From Centroscyllium fabricii (Eukaryota): a stretch of 64,000 nucleotides of DNA. The notes beneath the pieces were generated by a model. It had not been told where the DNA came from and made no database searches. It saw only the letters and a list, made by a program, of their open reading frames with translations. How positions within the stretch are numbered: the stretch's first letter is position 1; each line of letters starts with the position of its first letter. Location: contig JBNRSN020000089.1 of NCBI GenBank assembly GCA_051313645.2, positions 2,170,001 through 2,234,000 on the forward strand. Reading direction: 5' to 3'. Position numbers and translations under genes: made by a program. Shown in pieces: positions 1 to 15,400 of this stretch.

Positions 1-3000
1 CCATCTGTGTGCAATACATCAGACAATGTCCATCTGTGTACAATACATCAGACAATGTCCATCTGTGAACAATACATCAGACAATGTCCATCTGTGTACA
101 ATACATCAAACAATGTCCATCTGTGTACAATACATCAGAAAATGTCCATCTGTGAACAATACATCAGAAAATGTCCATCTGTGTACAATACATCAGACAA
201 TGTCTATCTGTGTACAATACATTAGACAATGTCCATCTGTGAACAGTACATCAGAAAATGTCCATCTGTGTACAGTACGTCAGACAATGTCCATCTGTGT
301 ACAATACCTCATACAATGTTCATCTGTGAACAATACATCAGACAATGTCCATCTGTGAACAATACATCAGACAATGTCCTTCTGTGTACAATACATCAGA
401 CAATGTCCATCTGTGAACAATACATAAGAAAATGTCCATCTGTGTACAATACATCAGACAATGTCCATCTGTGAACAATACATCAGACAATGTCCATCTG
501 TGAACAATACATCAGAAAATGTCCATCTGTGTACAATACATCAGAAAATGTCCATCTGTGTACAATACATCAGAGAATGTCCATCTGTGTACAATACATC
601 TGACAATGTCCATCTGTACAGTACATCAGACAATGTCCCTCTGTGAACAATACATCAGACAATATCCATCTGTGTACACTACATCAGACAATGTCCATAT
701 GTGTACAATACATCAGAAAATATCCATCTGTGAACAATACATCAAACAATGTCCATCTATGTACAATACATCAGACAATGTCCATCTGTGAAAAATACAT
801 CAGACAATGTCCATCTGTGTACAATACATCAGACAATGTCCATCTGTGAACAATACATCAGACATTATCCATCTGTGTACAATACATCAGACAAGGTCCA
901 TCTGTGAGCAATACATCAGGCAATATCCATCTGTGAACAATACATCAGACAATATCCATCTGTGTACAATATATCAGACAATGTCCATCTGTGAACAATA
1001 CATCAGACATTATCCATCTGTGTACAATACATCAGACAATGTCCATCTGTGAACAATACGTCAGACAATATCCATCTGTGAACAATACATCAGACAATAT
1101 CCTTCTTTGTACAATACATCAGACAATGTCCATCTGTGTACAATACATCAGACATTATCCATCTGTGAACAATACATCAAACAATGTCCATCTGTGTACA
1201 ATACATCAGACAATATCCATCTGGGATCAATACATCGGACAATGTCCATCTGTGTACAATACATCAGACAATGTCCATCTGTGTACAATACATCACACAA
1301 TGTCCATCTGTGTACAATACATCAGACAATGTCCATCTGTGAACAATACATCAGACAATATCCATCTGTGTACAATACATCAGACAATGTCCATCTGTGT
1401 ACAATACATCAGACAATGTCCATCTGTGTACAATACATCAGACAATGTCCGTCTGTGAACAATACATCAGACAATATCATCTGTGTACAATACATCAGAC
1501 AATGTGCATCTGTGTACAATACATCAGACAATGTCCATCTGTGTACAATACATCAGACAATGTCCATCTGTGTATAATACATCAGACAATATCCATCTGT
1601 GTACAATACATCAGGCATTGTCCATCTGTGTACAATACATCAGACAATATCCATCTGTGTACAATACATCAGACATTGTCCATCTGTGAACAACACATCA
1701 GACAATATCCATCTGTGTACAATACATCAGACAATATCCATCTGTGAACAATACATCAGACAATGTCCATCTGTGAACAATACATCAGACAATGTCCATC
1801 TGTGTACAATACATCAGACAATGTCCATCTGTGTACAATACATCAGACAATGTCCATCTGTGTACAATACATCAGACAATGTCCATCTGTGTACAATACA
1901 TCAGACAATGTCCATCTGTGTACAATACATCAGACAATGTCCATCTGTGTATAATACATCAGACAATATCCATCTGTGTACAATACATCAGACATTGTCC
2001 ATCTGTGTACAATCCATCAGACAATATCCATCTGTGTACAATACATCAGACATTGTCCATCTGTGTACAATACATGAGACAATATCCATCTGTGTACAAT
2101 ACATCAGACAATGTCAATCTGTGTACAATACATCAGACAATGTCCACCTGTGTACAGTACATCAGAAAATGTCCATCTGTGTACAATACATCAGACAATG
2201 TCCATCTTTGTACAATACATCAGACAATGTCCATCTGTGAAGAGTACATCAGAAAATGTCCATCTGTGTGCAATACATCAGACAATGTCCATCTGTGTAC
2301 AATACATCAGACAATGTCCATCTGTGAACAATACATCAGACAATGTCCATCTGTGTACAATACATCAAACAATGTCCATCTGTGTACAATACATCAGAAA
2401 ATGTCCATCTGTGAACAATACATCAGAAAATGTCCATCTGTGTACAATACATCAGACAATGTCTATCTGTGTACAATACATCAGACAATGTCCATCTGGG
2501 AACAGTACATCAGAAAATGTCCATCTGTGTACAGTACATCAGACAATGTCCATCTGTGTACAATACATCATACAATGTCCATCTGTGAACAATACATCAG
2601 ACAAAGTCCATTTGTGTACAATACATCAGACAATATCCATCTGGGATCAATACATCGGACAATGTCCATCTGTGTACAATACATCACACAATGTCCATCT
2701 GTGTACAATACATCAGACAATGTCCATCTGTGAACAATACATCAGAAAATGTCCATCTTTGTACAATACATCAGAAAATGTCCATATGTGTACAATACAT
2801 CAGACAATGTCCATCTGTGTACAATACATCTGACAATGTCCATCTGTACAATACATCAGTCAATGTCCCTCTGTGAACAATACATCAGACAATATCCATC
2901 TGTGTACAATACATCAGACAATGTCCATATGTGTACAATAGACCAGAAAATATCCATCTGTGAACAATACATCAAACAATTTCCATCTATGTACAATACA

Positions 3001-4100
3001 TCAGACAATGTCCATCTGTGAATAATACATCAGACAATGTCCATCTGTGTACAATACATCAGACAATGTCCATCTGTGAACAATATATCAGACATTATCC
3101 ATCTGTGTACAATACATCAGACAAGGTCCATTTGTGAGCAATACATCAGACAATATCCATCTGTGAAAAATACATCAGACAATATCCATCTGTGTACAAT
3201 ACATCAGACAATGTCCATCTGTGAACAATACATCAGACATTATCCATCTGTGTACAATACATCAGACAATGTCCATCTGTGAACAATACATCAGACAATA
3301 TCCATCTGTGAACAATACATCAGACAATATCCTTCCTTGTACAATACATCCGACAATGTCCATCTGTGTACAATACATCAGACATTATACATCTGTGAAC
3401 AATACATCAAACAAAGTCCATTTGTGTACAATACATCAGACAATATCCATCTGGGATCAATACATCGGACAATGTCCATCTGTGTACAATACATCACACA
3501 ATGTCCATCTGTGTACAATACATCAGACAATGTCCATCTGTGAACAATACATCAGACAATATCCATCTGTGTACAATACATCAGACAATGTCCATCTGTG
3601 TACAATACATCAGACAATGTCCATCTGTGTACAATACATCAGACAATGTCCGTCTGTGAACAACACATCAGACAATATCCATCTGTGTACAATACATCAG
3701 ACAATGTCCATCTGTGTACAATACATCAGACAATGTCCATCTGTGTACAATACATCAGACAATGTCCATCTGTGTATAATACATCAGACAATATCCATCT
3801 GTGTACAATACATCAGGCATTCTCCATCTGTGTACAATACATCAGACAATATCCATCTGTGTACAATACATCAGACATTGTCTATCTGTGAACAATACAT
3901 CAGACAATATCCATCTGTGTACAATACATCAGACAATATCCATCTGTGAACAATACATCAGACAATGTCCATCTGTGAACAATACATCAGACAATGTCCA
4001 TCTGTGTACAATACATCACACAATTTCTATCTGTGTATAATACATCAGAAAATGTCCATCTGTGTACAATACATCAGATAATGTCCATCTGTGTAGAATA
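1..4100. repeat. Two diverged HOR-variant copies at ~2,230-bp offset (77 monomers)
   Basis: ORF pairs 519/2749, 807/3037 and 991/3221 are offset by 2,230 bp. The variant ACAAGGTCC is shared at 891 and 3121. Confidence 0.75.
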
Positions 4101-6399
4101 CATCAGACAATGTCCAACTGTGAACAATACATCAGAAAATGTCCATCTGTGTACAATACATCAGACAATGTCCATCTGTGTACAATACATCGGACAATGT
4201 CCATCTGTGAACAATACATCAGACAATGTCCATCTGTGTACAATACATCAGACAATGTCCATCTGTGTACAATACATCAGACAATGTCCATCTGTGAACA
4301 ATACATCAGAAAATGTCCTTCTGCGTACAATACATCAGACAATGTCCATCTGTGAACAGTACATCAGAAAATGTCCATCTGTGGACAGTACATCAGACAA
4401 TGTCCATCTGTGTACAATACATCAGCCAATGTCCATCTGTGAACAATACATCAGACAATGTCCATCTGTGAACAATACATCAGACAATGTCCATCTGTGT
4501 ACAATACATCAGACAATGTCCATCTGTGTACAGTACATCAGAGAATGTCCATCTGTGAACAATACATCAGACAATATCAATCTGTGTACAATACATCAGA
4601 CAATGTCCATCTGTTTACCATACATCAGACAATGTCCATCTGTGAACAATACATGAGAAAATGTCCATCTGTGTACAATACATCAGACAACGTCCATCTG
4701 TGTACAATACATCAGACAATGTCCATCTGTGAACACTACATCAGACAATGTCCATCTGTGTACAATATATGAGGCAATCTCCATCTGTGTACAATACATC
4801 AGACAATGTCCATCTGTGAACAATACATCAGAAAATGTCCATCTGTGTACAATACCTCAGACAATGTCCATCTGTGAACAGTACATCAGAAAATGTCCAT
4901 CTGTGTACAGTACATCAGACAATGTCCGTCTGTGTACAATACATCAGACAATGTCCATCTGTGAACAATACATTAGACAATGTCCATCTCTGAACAATAC
5001 ATCAGACAATGTCCATCTGTGTACAATACATCAGACAATGTCCATCTGTGAACAATACATCAGAAAATGTCCATCTGTGTACAATACATCAGACAATGTC
5101 CATCTGTGTACAATACATCAGACAATGTCCATCTGTGTACAATGCATCAGAAAATGTCCATCTGTGTACAATACATCAGACAATGTCCATCTATGAACAA
5201 TATATCTGACAATGTCCATCTGTGTACAATACATCAGACAATGTCCATCTGTGTACAATACATCAGACAATGTCCGTCTGTGTACAATACATCAGACAAT
5301 GTCCATCTGTGTACAATACATCAGACAATGTTCATCTCTGAACAATACATCAGACAATATCAATCTGTGTACAATACATCAGACAATGTCCATCTGTGTA
5401 CAATACATCAGACAATGCCCATCTGTGAACAATACATCAGACAATATCCATCTGTGTACAATACATCAGACAATGTCCATCTGTGTACAATACATCAGAC
5501 AATGTCCATCTGTGTACAATACATCAGTCAAGGTCCACCTGTGTATAATACATCAGACAATATCCATCTTTGTACAATACATCAGACATTGTCCATCTGT
5601 GTACAATACATCAGACAATTTCCATCTGTGTACAATACATCAGACATTGTCCATCTGTGTACAAAACATGAGACAATGTCCATCTGTGTACAATACATCA
5701 GACAATGTCCATCTGTGTACAATACATCACACAACGTCCATCTGTGTACAATACATCAGAAAATGTCCATCTGTGTACAATACATCAGAAAATGTCCATC
5801 TGTGTACAATACATCAGACAATGTCCATCTGTGAACAATACATCAGACAATGTCCATCTGTGTACAATACATCAGACAATGTCCATCTGTGTACAATACT
5901 TCAGACAATGTCCATCTGTGAACAATACATCAGAAAATGTCCATCTGTGAACAATACATCAGAAAATGTCCATCTGCGTACAATACATCAGACAATGTCC
6001 ATCTGTGAACAGTACATCAGAAAATGTCCATCTGTGTACAGTACATCAGACAATGTCCATCTGTGTACAATACATCAGCCAATGTCCATCTGTGAACAAT
6101 ACATCAGACAATGTCCATCTGTGAACAATACATCAGACAATGTCCATCTGTGTACAATACATCAGACAATGTCCATCTGTGTACAATACATCAGACAATG
6201 TCCATCTGTGAACAATACATCAGACAATATCAATCTGTGTACAATACATCAGACAATGTCCATCTGTGTACAATACATCTGACAATGTCCATCTGTACAA
6301 TACATCAGACAATGTCCCTCTGTGAACAATACATCAGACAATATCCATCTGTGTACAATACATCAGACAATGTCCATATGTGTACAATACATCAGAAAA

Positions 6400-9300
6400 T
6401 ATCCATCTGTGAACAATACTTCAAACAATGTCCATCTATGTACAATACATCAGACAATGTCCATCTGTGAAAAATACATCAGACAATGTCCATCTGTGTA
6501 CAATACATCAGACAATGTCCATCTGTGAGCAATACATCAGACATTATCCATCTGTGTACAATACATCAGACAAAGTCCATCTGTGAGCAATACATCAGAC
6601 AATATCTATCTGTGAACAATACATCAGACAATATCCATCTGTGTACAATACATCAGACAATGTCCATCTGTGAACAATACGTCAGACATTATCCATCTGT
6701 GTACAATACATCAGACAATGTCCATCTCTGAACAATACATCAGACAATATCCATCTGTGAACAATACATCAGACAATATCCTTCTGTGTACAATACATCA
6801 GACAATGTCCATCTGTGTACATTACATCAGACATTATCCTTCTGTGAACAATACATCAAACAATGTCCATCTGTGTACAATACATCAGACAATATCCATC
6901 TGGGATCAATACATCGGACAATGTCCATCTGTGTACAATACATCAGACAATGTCCATCTGTGTACAATACATCACACAATGTGCATCTGTGTACAATACA
7001 TCAGACAATGTCCATCTGTGAACAATACATCAGACAATATCCATCTGTGTACAATACATCAGACAATGTCCATCTGTGTACAATACATCAGACAATGTCC
7101 ATCTGTGTACAATACATCAGACAATGTCCGTCTGTGAACAATACATCAGACAATATCCATCTGTGTACAATACATCAGACAATGTCCATCTTTGTACAAT
7201 ACATCAGACAATGTCCATCTGTGTACAATACATCAGACAATGTCCATCTGTGTATAATACATCAGACAATATCCATCTGTGTACAATACATCAGGCATTG
7301 TCCATCTGTGTACAATACATCAGACAATATCCATCTGTGTACAATACATCAGACATTGTCCATCTGTGTACAATACATCAGACAATATCCATCTGTGTAC
7401 AATACATCAGACAATATCAATCTGTGAACAATACATCAAACAATGTCCATCTATGTACAATACATCAGACAATGTCCATCTGTGAAAAATACATCAGACA
7501 ATGTCCATCTGTGTACAATACATCAGACAATGTCCATCTGTGAACAATACATCAGACATTATCCATCTGTGTACAATACATCAGACAAAGTCCATCTGTG
7601 AGCAATACATCAGACAATATCTATCTGTGAACAATAGATCAGACAATATCCATCTGTGTACAATACATCAGACAATGTCCATCTGTGAACAATACATCAG
7701 ACATTATCCATCTGTGTACAATACATCAGACAATGTCCATCTCTGAACAATACATCAGACAATATCCATCTGTGAACAATACATCAGACAATATCCTTCT
7801 GTGTACAATACATCAGACAATGTCCATCTGTGTACATTACATCAGACATTATCCATCTGTGAACAATACATCAAACAATGTCCATCTGTGTACAATACAT
7901 CAGACAATATCCATCTGGGATCAATACATCGGACAATGTCCATCTGTGTACAATACATCAGACAATGTCCATCTGTGTACAATACATCACACAATGTCCA
8001 TCTGTGTACAATACATCAGACAATGTCCATCTGTGAACAATATATCAGACAATATCCATCTGTGTACAATACATCAGACAATGTCCATCTGTGTACAATA
8101 CATCAGACAATGTCCATCTGTGTACAATACATCAGACAATGTCCGTCTGTGAACAACACATCAGACAATATCCATCTGTGTACAATACATCAGACAATGT
8201 CCATCTGTGTACAATACATCAGACAATGTCCATCTGTGTACAATACATCAGATAATGTCAATCTGTGTATAATACATCAGACAATATCCATCTGTGTACA
8301 ATACATCAGGCATTGTCCATCTGTGTACAATACATCAGACAATATCCATCTGTGTACAATACATCAGACATTGTCCATCTGTGTACAATACATCAGACAA
8401 TATCCATCTGTGTACAATACATCAGACAATATCCATCTGTGAACAATACATCAAACAATGTCCATCTATGTACAATACATCAGACAATGTCCATCTGTGA
8501 AAAATACATCAGACAATGTCCATCTGTGTACAATACATCAGACAATGTCCATCTGTGAACAATACATCAGACATTATCCATCTGTGTACAATACATCAGA
8601 CAAAGTCCATCTGTGAGCAATACATCAGACAATATCTATCTGTGAAAAATAGATCAGACAATATCCATCTGTGTACAATACATCAGACAATGTCCATCTG
8701 TGAACAATACAACAGACATTATCCATCTGTGTACAATACATCAGACAATGTCCATCTCTGAACAATACATCAGACAATATCCATCTGTGAACAATACATC
8801 AGACAATATCCTTCTGTGTACAATACATCAGACAATGTCCATCTGTGTACATTACATCAGACCTTAACCATCTGTGAACATTACATCAAACAATGTCCAT
8901 CTGTGTACAATACATCAGACAATATCCATCTGGGATCAATACATCGGACAATGTCCATCTGTGTACAATACATCAGACAATGTCCATCTGTGTACAATAC
9001 ATCACACAATGTCCATCTGTGTACAATACATCAGACAATGTCCATCTGTGAACAATACATCAGACAATATCCATCTGTGTACAATACATCAGACAATGTC
9101 CATCTGTGTACAATACATCAGACAATGTCCATCTGTGTACAATACATCAGACAATGTCCGTCTGTGAACAATACATCAGACAATATCCATCTGTGTACAA
9201 TACATCAGACAATGTCCATCTGTGTACAATACATCAGACAATGTCCATCTGTGTACAATACATCAGACAATGTCCATCTGTGTATAATACATCAGACAAT

Positions 9301-9450
9301 ATCCATCTGTGTACAATACATCAGGCATTGTCCATCTGTGTACAATACATCAGACAATATCCATCTGTGTACAATACATCAGACATTGTCCATCTGTGTA
9401 CAATACATCAGACAATATCCATCTGTGTACAATACATCAGACAATATCCA
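6400..9450. repeat. Tandem triplication of a 1,015-bp (35-monomer) sub-HOR
   Basis: GGGATC markers lie at 6900, 7915 and 8930. ORF triplets 6486/7501/8516 and 6786/7801/8816 show the same offset. 1,015 = 35x29. Confidence 0.93.
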
Positions 9451-12400
9451 CCTGTGAACAATACATCAGACAATGTCCATCTGTGAACAATACATCAGAC
9501 AATGTCCATCTGTGTACAATACATCACACAATTTCCATCTGTGTACAGTACATCAGAAAATGTCCATCTGTGTACAATACATCAGACAATGTCCATCTGT
9601 GTACAATACATCAGACAATGTCCATCTGTGAACAATACATCAGAAAATGTCCATCTGTGTACAATACATCAGACAATGTCCATCTGTGTACAATATATCA
9701 GACAATGTCCATCTGTGAACAATACATCAGACAATGTCCATCTGTGTACAATACATCAGACAATGTCCATCTGTGTACAATACATCAGACAATGTCCATC
9801 TGTGAACAATACATCAGAAAATGTCCATCTGCGTAGAATACATCAGACAATTTCCATCTGTGAACAGTACATCAGAAAATGTCCATCTGTGTACAGTACA
9901 TCAGACAATGTCCATCTGTGTACAATACATCAGCCAATGTCCATCTGTGAACAATACATCAGACAATGTCCATCTGTGAACAATACATCAGACAATGTCC
10001 ATCTGTGTACAATACATCAGACAAAGTCCATCTGTGTACAATACATCAGACAATGTCCATCTGTGAACAATACATCAGACAATATCAATCTGTGTACAAT
10101 ACATCAAACAATGTCCATCTGTGTACAATACATCAGACAATGTCCATCTGTGAACAATACATCAGAAAATGTCCATCTGTGTACAGTACATCAGACAATG
10201 TCCATCTGTGTACAATACATCAGACAATGTCCATCTGTGAACAATACATCAGACAATGTCCATCTGTGTACAATACATGAGACAATATCCATCTGTGTAC
10301 AATACATCAGACAATGTCCATCTGTGAACAATACATCAGAAAATGTCCATCTGTGTACAATACATCAGACAATGTCCATCTGTGAACAGTACATCAGAAA
10401 ATGTCCATCTGTGTACAGTACATCAGACAATGTCCATCTGTGTACAACACATCAGACAATGTCCATCTGTGAACAATAAATCAGACAATGTCCATCTGTG
10501 TACAATACATCAGACAATGTCCATCTGTGAACAATACATCAGAAAATGTCCATCTGTGCACAATACATCAGACAATGTCCATCTGTGAACAATACATCAG
10601 AAAATGTCCATCTGTGTACAATACATCAGACAATGTCCACCTGTGTACAATACATCAGACAATGTCCATCTGTGTACAATACATCAGACAATGCCCATCT
10701 GTACAATACATCAGACAATGTCCATCTATGAACAATACATCTGACAATGTCCATCTGTGTACAATACATCAGACAATGTCCATCTGTGCACAATACATCA
10801 GACAATGTCCGTCTGTGTACAAAACATCAGACAATGTCCATCTGTGTACAATACATCAGACAATGTCCATCTCTGAACAATACATCAGACAATATCAATC
10901 TGTGTACAATACATCAGACAATGTCCATCTGTGTACAATACATCAGACAATGTCCATCTGTGAACAATACATCAGACAATATCCATCTGTGTACTATACA
11001 TCAGACAATGTCCATCTGTGTACAATACATCAGACAATGTCCATCTGTGTACAATACATCAGTCAATGTCCATTTGTGTATAATACATCAGACAATATCC
11101 ATCTGTGTACAATACATCAGACATTGTCCATCTGTGTACAATACATCAGACAATTTCCATCTGTGTACAATACATCAGACATTGTCCATCTGTGTACAAT
11201 ACATGAGACAATATCCATCTTTGTACAATACATCAGACAATGTCCATCTGTGAACAATACATCAGACAATGTCCATCTGTGAACAATACATCAGACATTG
11301 TCCATCTGTGTACAATACATCAGATAATGTCCATCTGTGTACAATACATCAGAAAATGTCCATCTGTGCACAATACATCAGACAATGTCCATCTGTGAAG
11401 AATACATCTGAAAATGTCCATCTGTGTGCAATACATCAGACAATGTCCATCTGTGTACAATACATCAGACAATGTCCATCTGTGAACAATACATCAGACA
11501 ATGTCCATCTGTGTACAATATATCAAACAATGTCCATCTGTGTACAATACATCAGAAAATGTCCATCTGTGAACAATACATCAGAAAATGTCCATCTGTG
11601 TACAATATATCAGACAATGTCTATCTGTGTACAATACATCAGACAATGTCCATCTGTGAACAATACATCAGACAATGTCCATCTGTGAACAATACATCAG
11701 AAAATGTCCATCTGTGTACAATACATTAGAAAATGTCCATCTGTGTACAATACATCAGACAATGTCCATCTGTGTAAAATACATCTGATAATGTCCATCT
11801 GTACAATACATCAGACAATGTCCCTCTGTGATCAATACATCAGACAATATCCATCTGTGTACAATACATCAGACAATGTCCATATGTGTACAATACATCA
11901 GAAAATATCCATCTGTGAACAATACATCAAACAATGTCCATCTATGTACAATACATCAGACAATGTCAATCTGTGAAAAATACATCAGACAATGTCCATC
12001 TGTGTACAATACATCAGACAATGTCCATCTGTGAACAAAACATCAGACATTATCCATCTTTGTACAATACATCAGACAAAGTCCATCTGTGAGCAATACA
12101 TCAGACAATATCTATCTGTGAACAATACATCAGACAATATCCATCTGTGTACAATACATCAGACAATGTCCATCTGTGAACAATACATCAGACATTATCC
12201 ATCTGTGTACAATACATCAGACAATGTCCATCTCTGAACAATACATCAGACAATATCCATCTGTGAACAATACATCAGACAATATCCTTCTGTGTACAAT
12301 ACATCAGACAATGTCCATCAGTGTACATTACATCAGACATTATCCATCTGTGAACAATACATCAAACAATGTCCATCTGTGTACAATACATCAGACAATA

Positions 12401-15400
12401 TCCATCTGGGATCAATACATCGGACAATGTCCATCTGTGCACAATACATCAGACAATGTCCATCTGTGTACAATACATCACACAATGTCCATCTGTGTAC
12501 AATACATCAGACAATGTCCATCTGTGAACAATACATCAGACAATATCCATCTGTGTACAATACATCAGACAATGTCCATCTGTGTACAATACATCAGACA
12601 ATGTCCGTCTGTGAACAATACATCAGACAATATCCATCTGTGTACAATACATCAGACAATGTCCATCTGTGTACAATACATCAGACAATGTCCATCTGTG
12701 TACAATACATCAGACAATGTCCATCTGTGTATAATACATCAGACAATATCCATCTGTGTACAATACATCAGGCATTGTCCATCTGTGTACAATACATCAG
12801 GCAATATCCATCTGTGTACAATACATCAGACATTGTCCAACTGTGTACAATACACCAAACAATATCCATCTGTGTACAATACATCAGACAATATCCATCT
12901 GTGAACAACACATCAGACAATGTCCATCTGTGAACAATACATCAGACAATGTCCATCTGTGTACAATACATCACACAATTTCCATCTGTGTACAGTACAT
13001 CAGAAAATGTCCATCTGTGTACAATACATCAGACAATGTCCATCTGTGTACAATACATCAGACAATGTCCATCTGTGAACAATACATCAGAAAATGTCCA
13101 TCTGTGTACAATACATCAGACAATGTCCATCTGTGTACAATACATCAGACAATGTCCATCTGTGAACAATACATCAGACAATGTCCATCTGTGTACAATA
13201 CATCAGACAATGTCCATCTGTGTACAATACATCAGACAATGTCCATCTGTGAACAATACATCAGAAAATGTCCATCTGCGTACAATACATCAGACAATGT
13301 CCATCTGTGAACAGTACATCAGAAAATGTCCATCTGTGTACAGTACATCAGACAATGTCCATCTGTGTACAATACATCAGCCAATGTCCATCTGTGAACA
13401 ATACATCAGACAATGTCCATCTGTGAACAATACATCAGACAATGTCCATCTGTGTACAATACATCAGACAATGTCCATCTGTGTACAATACATCAGACAA
13501 TGTCCATCTGTGAACAATACATCAGACAATATCAATCTGTGTACAATACATCAGAAAATGTCCATCTGTGTACAATACATCAGACAATGTCCATCTGTGA
13601 ACAATACATCAGAAAATGTCCATCTGTGTACAGTACATCAGACAATGTCCATCTGTGTACAATACATCAGACAATGTCCATCTGTGAACACTACATCAGA
13701 CAATGTCCATCTGTGTACAATACATGAGACAATATCCATCTGTGTACAATACATCAGACAATGTCCATCTGTGAACAATACATCAGAAAATGTCCATCTG
13801 TGTACAATACATCAGACAATGTCCCTCTGTGAAGAGTACATCAGAAAATGTCCATCTGTGTACAGTACATCAGACAATGTCCATCTGTGTACAATTCATC
13901 AGACAATGTCCATCTGTGAACAATAAATCAGACAATGTCCATCTGTGTACAATACATCAGACAATGTCCATCTGTGAACAATACATCAGAAAATGTCCAT
14001 CTGTGCACAATACATCAGACAATGTCCATCTGTGAACAATACATCAGAAAATGTCCATCTGTGTACAATACATCAGACAATGTCCATCTGTGAACAATAC
14101 ATCAGAAAATGTCCATCTGTGTACAATACATCAGAAAATGTCCATCTGTGTACAATACATCAGACAATGTCCATCTGTGTACAATACATCAGACAATGCC
14201 CATCTGTACAATACATCAGACAATGTCCATCTATGAACAATACATCTGACAATGTCCATCTGTGTACAATACATCAGACAATGTCCATCTGTGTACAATA
14301 CATCAGACAATGTCCGTCTGTGTACAATACATCAGACAATGTCCATCTGTGTACAATACATCAGACAATGTCCATCTCTGAACAATACATCAGACAATAT
14401 CAATCTGTGTACAATACATCAGACAATGTCCATCTGTGTACAATACATCAGACAATGCCCATCTGTGAACAATACATCAGACAATATCCATCTGTGTACT
14501 ATACATCAGACAATGTCCATCTGTGTACAATACATCAGACAATGTCCATCTGTGTACAATACATCAGTCAATGTCTATCTGTGTATAATACATCAGACAA
14601 TATCCATCTGTGTACAATACATCAGACATTGTCCATCTGTGTACAATACATCAGACAATTTCCATCTGTGTACAATACATCAGACATTGTCCATCTGTGT
14701 ACAATACATGAGACAATATCAATCTGTGTACAATACATCAGACAATGTCCATCTGTGAACAATACATCAGACAATGTCCATCTGTGAACAATACATCAGA
14801 CATTGTCCATCTTTGTACAATACATCAGATAATGTCCATCTGTGTACAGTACATCAGAAAATGTCCATCTGTGTACAATACATCAGACAATGTCCACCTG
14901 TGTACAATACATCAGACAATGTCCATCTGTGAAGAATACATCTGAAAATGTCCATCTGTGTGCAATACATCAGACAATATCCATCCGTGTACAATACATC
15001 AGACAATGTCCATCTGTGAACAATACATCAGACAATGTCCATCTGTGTACAATACATCAAACAATGTCCATCTGTGTACAATAAATCAGAAAATGTCCAT
15101 CTGTGAACAATACATCAGAAAATGTCCATCTGTGTACAATATATCAGACAATGTCTATCTGTGTACAATACATCAGACAATGTCCATCTGTGAACAGTAC
15201 ATCAGACAATGTCCATCTGTGAACAATACATCAGAAAATGTCCATCTGTGTACAATACATTAGAAAATGTCCATCTGTGTACAATACATCAGACAATGTC
15301 CATCTGTGTACAATACATCTGACAATGTCCATCTGTACAATACATCAGACAATGACCCTCTGTGAACAATACATCAGACAATATCCATCTGTGTACAATA

